A DNA stretch of 64,000 nt, taken from the human T2T-CHM13v2.0 reference genome, Homo sapiens. A program made the translations under genes and the position numbers. This document shows, piece by piece, positions 37,391 through 50,244 of the stretch. The notes under the pieces were generated by a model. The model saw only the letters and a program-made list of their open reading frames with translations, did no database searches and had not been told where the DNA came from. Location of the stretch: NCBI RefSeq assembly GCF_009914755.1, contig NC_060944.1, one strand, 5' to 3'. Numbering within the stretch: position 1 is the stretch's first letter; the number at the start of each line of letters is the position of its first letter.

Positions 37391-37877
37391 CAAAGAAGAG
37401 GTGCTGATACCAACCTTGAAGGGAAAAGCAAGAGCACACAGGTTTAGTATGAAATGGCTATAAAGTCTCTAGATAAAAGCCATGTTTATTATCCAGAGGT
37501 ATGAAGAAAGGAAGCAACGTCACTCAATAAAAAGAACAAATGGCCCAACAATGCTTTTAGCGTTTGACTTTAAATGCATCATGGTCATATTTTGCAGCCA
37601 GCTCATCACTACGTGTGCTATCTACATACAGATGCTCCCTCAAGGTCAACTGGACAGAGTTTCCATCTAATTATTTAATCACAGATTGCACAAGCATCCA
37701 GTGATTCTATAAAAGCCAATCATATTAAACTTCAAATGGGATGAATATGCAGTGACTTTTTATCCAAACTACATATATTTCTGAGAATGTATTTTCATCT
37801 TAAAATTAAGCTTAATATTTTTAAAACATCATTGAATTAAAACAGTTCTAGTGCATTAAAAGGTATGTAAGAAGCAG

Positions 37878-38335
37878 TGTGGTAAATACGGCCACTAATT
37901 TCTTTCTCTTCCCAATGAGAGGTGGGGTCTAATCCCCCTCCCCTGGTTATGGCCTTGGTGGCTCACTTGATCAGTAGAAAACAGCAGGAGTGACTTCCTG
38001 AGTTTTCCAAGGGCTACAGTATAAGATGTGAAGCTTCTGCTCTTAGAACCTGTGAGAAGCCCGAGCCACCAGGAAGGGTGCTGGGCAGTGAATGTGTGAA
38101 CAGCCCCTGCTGCATTCCCAGCTGACAGCCAGCATTCCCAACCTGCCAGCTGCCTTAGATGTCCAGCCCAGGTGAGGTGACTGCGGCCCTGGCACCATCT
38201 GACTGTTACCAAATGAGAGATCCCATGCAACAATCACCCAGCCGAACCCAGGCAACTCACAGATTTCTGAAATTTAACACATTTTTTAAGCCATTAAGTG
38301 TTGGAATGATTATGCAGCAATAGGTAACCTGTACA
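37878..38335 (+). mobile_element. MLT1-type MaLR solo LTR
   Basis: tgtggtaaatacggccac...gaggtggggtcta...ttttaagccattaagtgttggaatgattatgcagcaataggtaacctgtaca. Confidence 0.78.
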
Positions 38336-38572
38336 AAGATTTATAGATATTTAATAGGTAAAGTTTTAAAATATTCAAGAAGTTTAAAATTGACTAAATG
38401 ATGTATAAAAATTGTGGGAAATTGTAAAAGAAATTCTAGGGGAAACTATTTGAGTGAGAAGAAAAGCATCCAGGTATTGGTTGAACAAATCAAATAGAAG
38501 GATAAGATGCAAACCGTCAGTAAGTTGTCATCAATGTGGAAAAGCACAACAAAATATATGTGTCTTAATTGA

Positions 38573-38875
<303 letters not shown>

Positions 38876-38991
38876 GTTCTTTTTATATTTCTTCTTTTAT
38901 ATTATTTATTCAATAATCTGTTTGTTAGTTATTTTGGGTAATGTCAACCCTGTGAATCTATTACTCAATATAAAAACTAGAATCTTAATAA

Positions 38992-39410
<419 letters not shown>

Positions 39411-39567
39411 TCTTCTTTCTTGACAGAATCTGCTTACCCTTTTTGAAAGCTGCATTTAGTTTCAGACAAATTCATGTTGCTTCCTAGTTACCTGATCACT
39501 GAGCTCATTAGCAGGCATACGCACAAAGATTGAGAAGGACACTAAATTTAAAAATAAAGGTATATTA

Positions 39568-41823
39568 AATTCAACACTCCCTCATGTTAAAAACTCTCAA
39601 TAAACTAAGTATTGAAGGAACATGCCTCAAAATAATAAGAGCTACCTATGACAAACCCACAGTCAGCATTATACTGAATGGGCAAAAACTGGAAGCATTC
39701 CTCTTGAAAACTGACAGAAGAAAAGGATGCCCTCTCTTACCACTCCTATTCATTACAGTATTGAAAGTCCTGACCAGGGCAATCAGGCAAGAGAAAGAAA
39801 TAAAGGCATTCAAATAGAAAGAGAGGAAGTCGAACTATCTGTTGGCAAACAATAAGATTCTACATCAAGAAAACCCCATAGTCTCAGTCCAAAAGCTCCT
39901 TAAGCTGATAAACAACTTCAGCAAAGTCTCAGGATACAAAATCAATGTGCAAAAATTACTAACATTCCTATATACCAACAACAGCCAAACCAACCCAAAT
40001 CAAGAATGCAATTCCATCTACAATTGCCACAAAAATAAAATAAAATACCTAGGACTACAGCTAACCAGGGAGGCCAAAGATCTCTACCAGAAGAACTACA
40101 AAACACTGCTTAAAGAAATCAGAGATAACACAAACAAATAGAAAAACATTCCATGCTCGTGGATGGGGTGAATCAATACCATTAAAATGGCCATACTGCC
40201 CAAAGCAAATTATGGATTCAATGTTATTCTTATCAAACTACCAATGACATTTTTCACAGAACTAAAAAAAACACACTTTCAAAATTCATGTGGAACAAAC
40301 AAACAAACAAAAAAGCCCAAATAGCTAAGGCAATCCTAAGCAAAAAGAACAAAGCTGGAATCATGCTACCTGACTTTAAACTATACTACAGGGCTGCAGT
40401 AACCAAATCAGCAATGGTACTAGTTTAAAAACAGACAAATAGACAAATGGAACAGAATACAGAAACCAGCAATAAGGCCACACACCTATGACTATTTGAT
40501 CTTCAACAAACCTGACAAAAACAAGCAATGGGGAACTTCCTATTCAAAAACAAGCAATGGGGACTTCCTATTTAATAAATGGTGCTGGGATAATTAGCTA
40601 GCCATATGTGAAAGGTTGAAACTGGAGTACTTTCTTACATCATATACAAAAATTAACTTAAGCTGGATTAGAGGCTTAAATGTAAAACCCAAAACTATAA
40701 AAACCCTAGAAGACAACCTTGACAGTACTATTCTGGACATAGGAATCAGCAAAGATTTCATGATGAAGACACTAAAAGCAAGTGCAACAAAAGCAAAAAT
40801 TGACTAATGGGACCTAATTAAACTAAAGAGCTTCTGCACAGCAAAGGAAACTATCAACAGAGCAAACAGACAACCTACAGGATGGGAGAAAATTTTTGCA
40901 AACTATGCATCTAACAAGGGTCTAATATCCAGCATCTATAACTTAAACAAATTTACAAGAAAAAAAAACAAACAACCCCATTAAAAAGTGGGCAAACTAC
41001 AAGAAAAAACACTTTGCAAAAGAAGGCATACATGTGGCCAATAATCATATGAAAAAAAGCTCAACATCACTGGTCATTAGAGAAATGCAAATCAAAACCA
41101 TAATGAGACACCATCTCATACACGTCAGAGTGGCTATTATTAAAAAGTAAAAAAAAAAATACATATTGGCAAGGTTGCAGAGAAAAAGGAACACTTAAAC
41201 ACTGTCGGTGGGAGTGTAATTAGTTCAACAATTGTGGAAGACAGTGTGGTAGCTCCTCAAGGGCCTAAAAACAGAAATACCATTTGACTGGCAATCCTAT
41301 TACTGGGTATATACCCAAAGGAATATGCATTTTTCTATTAGAAAGACACAGGCACCCATATTTTCACTGCAGCACTATTCACAATAGCAAAGACATGGAA
41401 TCAACCTAAATGCCCATCAATGGTAGACTGGATAAAGAAAATGTGGTACATGCACACCATGGAATACTATGCAGCTATAAGAAAGAATGAGATTATGTCC
41501 TTTGCAGGAACATGGATGAAGCTAGAGACCATTATCCTTAACAAACTAATGCAGGAACAGAAAATCAAGTATCACATGTTCTTATTATAAGTGTGAGCTA
41601 AATGATGAGAATACGTGGACACATACAGCAGAACAAGACACACTGGTGCCTACTGGCGGGTGGAGGGTGGATGAGGGAGAGGATCAGGAAAAATCACTAA
41701 TAGGTACTGGCTTAATACCTGGGTGATGAAATAATCTGTACAACAACCCCCCATGACACAAGTTTACCTATAACAAACCTCACATATGCTGTACATAAAA
41801 TACAAGTTAAAAGTTAAATTTTG
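39568..41823 (+). mobile_element. 5'-truncated primate L1 (older L1PA-type), ORF2 RT-to-C-terminus remnant plus 3' UTR
   Basis: [26 protein letters not shown]..., [29 protein letters not shown]; 3' UTR and A-rich end; approximate TSD taaaggtatatta / taaaaggtaatatta; multiple stops. Confidence 0.95.
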
Positions 41824-42439
41824 TAAAAGGTAATATTAATATTTACTATTAATTATTAAGATTTATTAGTATGGTTCTGTTACATTGAGCGAAACCAATA
41901 TCTGATTTGGCCTTTCCAGCATTCTTTGTAAATAGACTACATAAGAAGCAACGGGCAGCCCATAGAAACATCCTTAGGCCTGACTTTAAAATTAAGATCT
42001 AGAGCCATTTATTTATTATAGCACATACGGTATGTTAGCATTTATATTCATTGTGGTAATAAGCATGATATACACAGTTCATGTCTCCAAGATACTCACG
42101 ATAGGGAAAAAGACATGAAAACAAATAAATATAAATGATAAAATAAGTCAAGGGTACAAATAGAACATCAAATTAATTGTGTCTGGAAGCTAGGGTATAA
42201 AACTCTTCCCCAGGCTGTTGACACGTGGTTGAGATTCTGAAGGAAGAACAAGGATTTGTCAGAGACAAGAGGTGGGGAGAGGGTGGTGGGCAGAATGATT
42301 CAGAAATATGGAGCAGAAGTGTGAAGTCATGGAGACCTGCAGCATCTTCAGATCTGGAAGAGCCACTGGGAACACTCAACAAACTGAGAAGTGACGAGGG
42401 AAAGGGTCCTGGAGATTCTCTGAATTGTTTCTTATAAGT

Positions 42440-43082
42440 TGCCACCATCCAACACAGCAGACACGAGCCTCACATGATCACTGAGTTCGTGTAACCTGGA
42501 GCGTCCACAGTCAGAGGTGCTGTTGGTGTAAAGTGCACCTTGGATTTTGAAGACTTAATATGAAAGAAGTTTGTATAACAGCTCATAAACCTTTTTATAT
42601 TGATGATATCAAAATAACAAGGTTTTGGATATTCTACACTTAAATAAAACTTGGTATTAAAATTAATTTCAGAGACAGGCACGGTGGCTCACTTCTGTAA
42701 TACCAGCCCTTTGGGAGGCCAAAGCAGGCAGATCTCTTGAGTCCAGGAGTTCGAGACCAGACATGGGCAACATGGCAAAACCCCATCTCTACAAAAAATA
42801 CAAAAATTAGCCAGACCTGGTGGTGAGTGCCTGTAGTCCCAGCTACTTGGGAGGCTGAGCCCAGGAGGCGGGGGTTGCAGTGAGCCCAGATGGCACCACT
42901 GTACTCCAGTCTGGGTAACAAAGTGAGACCTTGTGTCAAAAAAAATAATAATAAAAATTCAAGAAATTTAAAATGAAATTAATTTCACTTTTTGAAACTT
43001 CATTTAATGTAATTACTACAAAACTTAAAGTAACTTAAAGTAACATGTGCAGCTTGTGTTCTATTTCTATTGGACAGTACTA
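42440..43082. mobile_element. MER33-like hAT-Charlie MITE interrupted by Alu
   Basis: tgtaaagtgcaccttggattttgaagacttaata...aaaattaatttca[Alu]...atttctattggacagtact. Confidence 0.75.
42672..42975 (+). mobile_element. Alu (J/S-type) with internal deletion
   Basis: Dimeric Alu; TSD aaattaatttca at 42660-42671 and 42976-42987. Confidence 0.92.
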
Positions 43083-43568
43083 ATCTATTGGCCTCACCGT
43101 GGTATCCTTTACTTCCCCCTTTAATATCAATCTGAAAAACCTGCAGTGGACTTTATAGTTTTTAAAAGCTATCATGTCATTAATCTGCATAAACCACTAA
43201 GGAAAGCCAGAGAGTATAAATCAAGTGTGATGTAGCTTATAATTTGCCTTCAAGAACCAAGAAGGATGTCTTATTTTCTAAAATCTTCATGTATCATGCT
43301 TGAAGAAAAAATGAAATTATAATTTCTTGTTTCCAAATATTTATTAGCAATGTTCTAAATACATAATCCAGACAGTTAACTGTTTGGGGGAGACTGAATG
43401 CCACCTGGTCTCTGGTCTTGACAGCTCAATTACCCTAGTAGTTATCATACATGCATGATGAATAATGTGCAGGTTACACTGCTCGAATGCAGGTTGTGTT
43501 TAGCCTGCAGTATCTCTTGCATAGATTTCCACATGAAGCACTTAGGATCAGACACAGAGGGTTATTCT

Positions 43569-43884
43569 TTTTTTTATTCTTTTTTTTTTTCTTTTTTATT
43601 TTGAGGCAGAGTCTCACTCTGTCACGGAGGCTAAATTGCAGTGGCACGATCTTGGCTCACTGAAACCTCTGTCTCCTGGGTTCAGCAAGATTCTCCTGCC
43701 TCAGCGTCCCGAGTAGCTGGAATTACAGGTGCCCACCACCACAGCTGGCTAATTTTTGTATTTTTAGTAGAGACAGTGTGTCTTCATGTTGGCCAGGCTG
43801 GTCTCTAACTTCTGACCTCAAATGATTAGCCTGCCTCAGCCTCCCAAAGTGCTGGGATTCAGGTGTGAGCCACCGCGGCTGGCC
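43569..43884 (-). mobile_element. AluS
   Basis: Antisense Alu; perfect 16-bp TSD cacagagggttattct at 43553-43568 and 43885-43900. Confidence 0.95.
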
Positions 43885-44369
43885 CACAGAGGGTTATTCT
43901 ATGGAACATGATGTTTTATTGCTACTAAGACACTCAGGTGCCCACCAATCACATCTCCTCATAGAACAGTTGTGGGAACTTGTCTGCAAGGCTGCACTCC
44001 CAATGCCACAGCAGGGACAGGAGACTTGTTGCCCAGAGCACCACTCTGTTCCACAGAGACCACTCATGTGCAAAGACTACAGTTCCTGGGGCCTTTCCAT
44101 CTCTTAGTGCCAGTAATCACCAAAACTAAGCTCTAAACATCACTTAAATCAAACGACAGGAGAGTAGGAGCTCTAAAAGCCCTCTGATTTTCATAAACTC
44201 CTCTTGTGCACTGTCTTTCTGTCTTCCTGAATAAAATTAATATTTCCAATATGTCCATGCTATCCATGCTGATAAAAACGTAGTGAGTGGATTCTCATCA
44301 CTATGAGTTGAGGTTGCAGTATATAGACAGAAATGGAAATAATGATCTTGATCATAATGAAGAATAATT

Positions 44370-44998
<629 letters not shown>

Positions 44999-45009
44999 TT
45001 TAGGGAGGT

Positions 45010-45145
45010 CTCATGCCATGCTGGGCATTTATCCCTATTAGCTCATTTAATCCTGAAAACATAGTTGCTGTTATGTCCCACTTTTTAATGATGATCAGGC
45101 AAAGACAAAGAAGGGTTGAAGAGCTTGCCCATAGGCCCACAGTTA
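45010..45145 (-). mobile_element. MIR fragment
   Basis: ctcatttaatcctgaaaac...tgttatgtcccactttt...agggttgaagagcttgcccataggcccacagtta. Confidence 0.65.
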
Positions 45146-45936
45146 AAAAAATCATGATGTCAATCACAAAAGTGAGTTGTCTCCCTTCAGAGTAAGCATG
45201 GCCAGTCTTTATAGAATGCTATCTGCAAATAATTAGGCCCTTAGCCTAGGTTTGGCATAAAGAGAAGGAAATTAATGGCAGTAAGCAGAAAATCCAAAAG
45301 TCAGTGTCAATGAGAACAAAGGTGAGTGACCATCAGAAGCCCTGTACTCAACTGAGAAGTCAGCTTTTACCGACAATCCTTCTGACAGAAATAACAAAGG
45401 GGAATCTCAAGCAGTGGTGAAATTTATCCTTAGTGTCCAAAGAAGAACCTAGCAAAGAGAGAAAAAAGAAACTCAACTATAGAAACTAGACTAAAGGGGT
45501 TGTACGTCATCTTGTTTCCAATGGAAACTAATGATTATCTTCTGGATGCTAGAAGAGCAACTCACATCTTTAAAAAAGATAAAAAAGGAACAGAGTCAGA
45601 AGGACTCCAAGTGGAAACGCAAGAATTTTCTCATCTTCTGACTTGAACTTCAGGGATCTCCCACCTGGAGGGAAGATAGAGTCTTTTATCCTGCTCCTGC
45701 TTATCTATTACATGAGGCCACCAGCATCAGCCCATACTCTCATCGGTTCCCATGAACACAGTGTCTCTGCATGCTAGACAGGATGATCCGGTAAGAAGGG
45801 ATCATGCATAATTTCGAGAATGAAGTCTGAGAAGACAAGGGGATAGGAGGTGACTACAAAAATGATTGCTGCTTCCTCCTGCACATACGGGGCTTGCACA
45901 GGGACAGGCACATGAGTGTATCTCACAGGTAAGCTG

Positions 45937-46373
45937 TGCTGTGGTTTGAATATTTGTCACCCCAAACTCATGCTGAAGTTTAATGGCCACTGTAACAGTA
46001 TTAAGAGATGGGAACTTTGAGAGGTGATTAGACCAGATGGACCCTGTCACCACAAATGGATTAATGTCTTTATTGTGGAAAATGGGCTCATTATCATGGT
46101 AGTGGGTTTCTTATAAAAGGACAAGTTTGCCCACCCCCCACCCTGCCTTCCCTTTGCCTTTACACCATGTGATGCCTTTTGCCAGGCTATGACATAGCAA
46201 GAAGGCCCTTGCCTTCTGACTCCTCAGTCTTAGACTTCTCCACCTCTAAAACTGTAAGAAATAAATTTCTCTTCTTTATAAACTATTCGTTCTCAGGCAT
46301 TCTTTTACAACAGCACAAAACAAAGATAGAAAATTGGTACCAGGGAAGTGGGGTGTTGCTACAACAAATCCCT
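45937..46373 (+). mobile_element. MST-type MaLR LTR plus first bases of MST-int
   Basis: tgctgtggtttgaatatttgtcaccccaaactcatgctgaa...aactgtaagaaataaatttctc..., then gaaaattggtaccagggaagtggggtgttgcta. Confidence 0.85.
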
Positions 46374-48865
46374 TCCCTTGTGTACATTGTAAACATCCAT
46401 CAAAACGCCACAGTGTCTTCTATACATGTTATTCCTTATGATTTGTCAATTAAACATAATATTAGTTTTTAAAAACAAAATTAATGAGAATGTGCCTACG
46501 GTTTCCACAGTCTCCCCTATACAGTTTCTCCTGCCCAGATCCTATTACCCACACCCACCACACATCCTACCAAATGTAAGAGAAACAACGGTGTTTTATT
46601 GAGCAATAACAAACCCCAGTTAATCTAGAGTCTGGACTAAGAAAAGTCTGAGTAATCTGAAATTCTGGTCAAAGAACAGACATACTTTTGGGATGAGACC
46701 AATTTGAAGACGAGGGCCAAGCAATTTAGATGAGCCAAGATAATCTTTAAACCAAAGACACAGAGAGATCTTTTCAGAACTGCTGTTCCAGGAAGCCAAC
46801 CCCAAGGCCTCTGTCAGTCAGAACATCTTGGCCTCCCCAGTCACTGAGTGATTTCCAGCCCCGGCCCAGCAGAAGCATCACTCACATCTGAGCTGGCAAG
46901 GACAGGAGGTGAAGCCCAGCCGATTTCTCAGGTGGTGCAGGAAGGCGCGGCCCAGTCAATCACGTTCATGCCAGAATAACTGATTAAGGTAGCAGCCCTT
47001 GAAACAGCCTTGCCTGTAGGACGTGACCTCCCAGACCCTGTCTGGTGCCCGCCATACTGATGCGGGGATTACTCCAAGGAAGCGGCTCCCTCTGGCTTCC
47101 TTATTCCTCCCTCCTCCTTATTCAGCCTCTCAGGTTTTCCGCAGTCAGAACAAAATGCACAGAAGGGATTGTTCACTCATAGTGAAAATTTATTCAGGAT
47201 AGGTCATTTGTTTTAGTGAAAATAGAATGTTCTTGAAAATGTTGCCATTACTGGAAATTATATTCCTGTTCTGCAAGATAAGAAACAAAGCTGGCCTCCA
47301 GCTTTCTCATAAATGAAAAGTAAAAATCAAAACAAAACGAAACAAAAGGCACAGAGAACAACCACAACAGCGAAATGCTTCCAGCCCTGCGGAAGGAGGA
47401 AATATTCTGCATACACCATTCTCCATCTATTCAATGTTTCTGGATTTCTGTTTTTGTTTAGTAGAGTCAGTGGTTTAGGTGTTCAGCGGGCTAGCTCAGC
47501 TGCCTTTGGGAGGAAAGAGTTCTTGATATGGGAGACCACAGAGAAGTCGAGGGCTTGTTGTGTATCTCCCAGCTGAAGATCACACACCCCTTCATGGGAT
47601 CCTTTAACTGTGGTTGATGGCTGTCTCAAGAACAAGAAACAGAAAAGTCTCCCCCACCATGGGATTATTCCAGAGGTTTCCACACTTGTCTGCAAACCCC
47701 TCAAGACTGTGAATTAATTTATCTTAGGTTTAACTTGGTCTTCAGAATTATTTCAAATCTTCAGGTCATGTTAATATGCTAAGTTTGGGAATGACTGGAT
47801 TCTAGGTTTATTAAGCAAACATAAGTCTTGCATTTCATGCTACTAAATGATGGACATTGAATAAAGGAAACAAATAAAAAACAAAACGACGACAACAAAA
47901 CAAACCAGGTCCTTGGAGAGCTTGCGCATGACTGAAAGGGATAAAGGATTTGTGCAAATGCTGAAGCCTGCGGTGGTGGCTGGGTCTTTGGAATATGTTC
48001 TGGGTTTAACTTCACTCAGTGACTGTCCGATGGTGATGGTCCCACTCACCCAGAGGGAGCACCCAGTCCTTCACCCTTTCCTGCAGCTCCCATACAAGGT
48101 CCCTGGATGCAGGCAGGACTTTCCTGGACATAGCACCCGCCTAACCCATCCCCTGGAGCCTTACGCCCCCAACTGTGCCATTTTTGTATCAAATGCTGGT
48201 CTTTGTTTGAGAGGAACACTTAACATATTAGGGAAATGAGCTGTTTCAGTGATGTTGGTGGCATATCCTAATCTCCCCCAACTTATTGATTGTCTTTTGA
48301 TTTCACTGTATGGTTGATACAATGCCAAAATTTTTATTTTATGTAGCTAAATTTATTAATCACCTTTTTCCTTCTTCTTGGCTTTTCTTCATAGTCAGAA
48401 AAGCTTCCCATATTCCATATGTACAATTCATATAATTTTTATGCAATATAAAATATTATATGCAATATAAAATATATATATGCCACTGATTTTTGTATAT
48501 TAATTTTATTTCCAAATACCTGAATTCTGAAGTCCCTTATCATTACCAAAATTTTTTGGTCGGCTATCTTAGTTTTTGATGACAAATGATAAATATTATC
48601 TAATATGGCAGCTATTTTATATCTTTCATCCCACAATTGTATATCTTTAATTTTTTAATTTATTTTTCTAAGTTTTGGTGGGTAGTGCAATGTCAGTAAT
48701 AACAAATAATATTGGAGATAAATAGGGGCTTCAGCTTTGTATTTTCTCAGACGTTAGTGAGAATGCTTCTAGTGTGTCCCTATAAAGCACAGTGTTTGTT
48801 TTGGTACAAACATACGCATGATGGCCGCAGAGAAGTGTCAGTGCATTCTTTTTAAGAGTATTATT

Positions 48866-48867
<2 letters not shown>

Positions 48868-48898
<31 letters not shown>
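48868..48898. repeat. (AC)15 microsatellite
   Basis: Perfect AC run. Confidence 0.95.
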
Positions 48899-48899
<1 letters not shown>

Positions 48900-49017
48900 G
48901 CATGGAAATTGAATTTTATCATGTGCCTCATCAACATCTTTGGAAATAATAAAATGGTTTTTTTTCTGATATAGAACCTCTTTGTATTCCTGAAACAAAC
49001 CCTTGTATAATGCTTTC

Positions 49018-49334
49018 TCTTTTCTTTTCTTTGTTTTTGAGATAGTCTTGCTCTGTTGCCTATGCTGCAGAGCAGCACGAACATGGCTCACTGCAGCCTT
49101 GACCTCCCAGGCTCCTCCCACCTCAGCCTTCTGAGTAGCTGAGACCACAGGTGTGTGCCCCCACCCCTGGCTATTTAAAAAAAAAAAAAAAGAAAAAAGA
49201 AAAAGAAAAAATCTGGAGAGATGAGGTCTCACCATGTTGCCCAGGCTGGTCGCAAACTCCTGGCCTCAAGCTATCCTCCCACCTCAGCCTGCAAAGTGCT
49301 GAGAGATTACAAGTGGGAGCCACTGTGCCTAGCC
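49018..49334 (-). mobile_element. AluJ
   Basis: Antisense Alu; the linker reads A-rich on the plus strand at 49177-49210. Confidence 0.88.
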
Positions 49335-49954
49335 CCGCCCCCCCGCTGTACAATTCTATTAAAAAGCTTTAATTATTCGGTTTACTGTTATTTATCTTAG
49401 GATTTTTGAATGAGCATTTACTTGTAAAATTGGACTGTAATTTAGAATTTCTTATGCAATCATTGTCACATTTTAGTGTAAATAACATGCTTTTTTCTTC
49501 AAAATATTATGAAAAAAGCAATTATTTTTCTTTGGTCTGAAATATTTTCGTATCTTAGGAATTATCAACTCTTCAAATAACAGGATTCTTCACTATTTGC
49601 TGAAGGTTGAGTAGTCTTTTAATAAATCTCTTAATTTCTTCTATAATCACATTTGTTTTCTATCTCTTCTAGATTTTGTCTTCCTCGAGTCAGTTTTGAC
49701 AAATTATATTTTGTTACAAAATTAGCATTTCCTCCTAGCTTTCAAATGTATTTGACAAAGTTAAGTTATGAGGTGTTTTCTAATTTTTAATTATCTGATT
49801 TTTTTCTCATAATTTCTCATTTTGTATGTTTGTGACTTCTTTCCTATACTAAAAGCTGTGAATTTTTCTCTGAATCCTTCATTAGCTATCTCCCAAATGT
49901 TTTGATATGTGAAATTGTTATTGTTATTTTTGTTGTTGTTTACAGTTATTATGA

Positions 49955-50244
49955 CTTTTTTTTGAGACAGGGTTTCACTCTGTTGCACAGAGTGTAGTGG
50001 CAGGTGGAATCACAGCTCTCTGCAGCCTCAACTTCCCCAGGTCCAGGTAATCCTCCCACCTCATCCTCCCAAGTAGCCAGACTACAGGCATGTGCCAGCA
50101 GGCCTGGCTAATTTTTCGTATTTTTTATGGAGATGGGGCTTCACCATGTTGGCCAGGTTGGTCTTGAATGCCTGCTCTCAGGCTATCCGCCCACCTCAGC
50201 CTCCTAAAGTGCTGGAATTACAGGCTTGAGATACCACGCCTGGC
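49955..50244 (-). mobile_element. AluJ
   Basis: tttttttgagacagggtttcactc...ctgcagcctcaacttcc...accacgcctggc. Confidence 0.9.

Noticed and set aside
39584-41460. Active L1 ORF2
   Set aside because: 5'-truncated, fragmented by stops and frameshifts, FADD motif decayed (ANNK).
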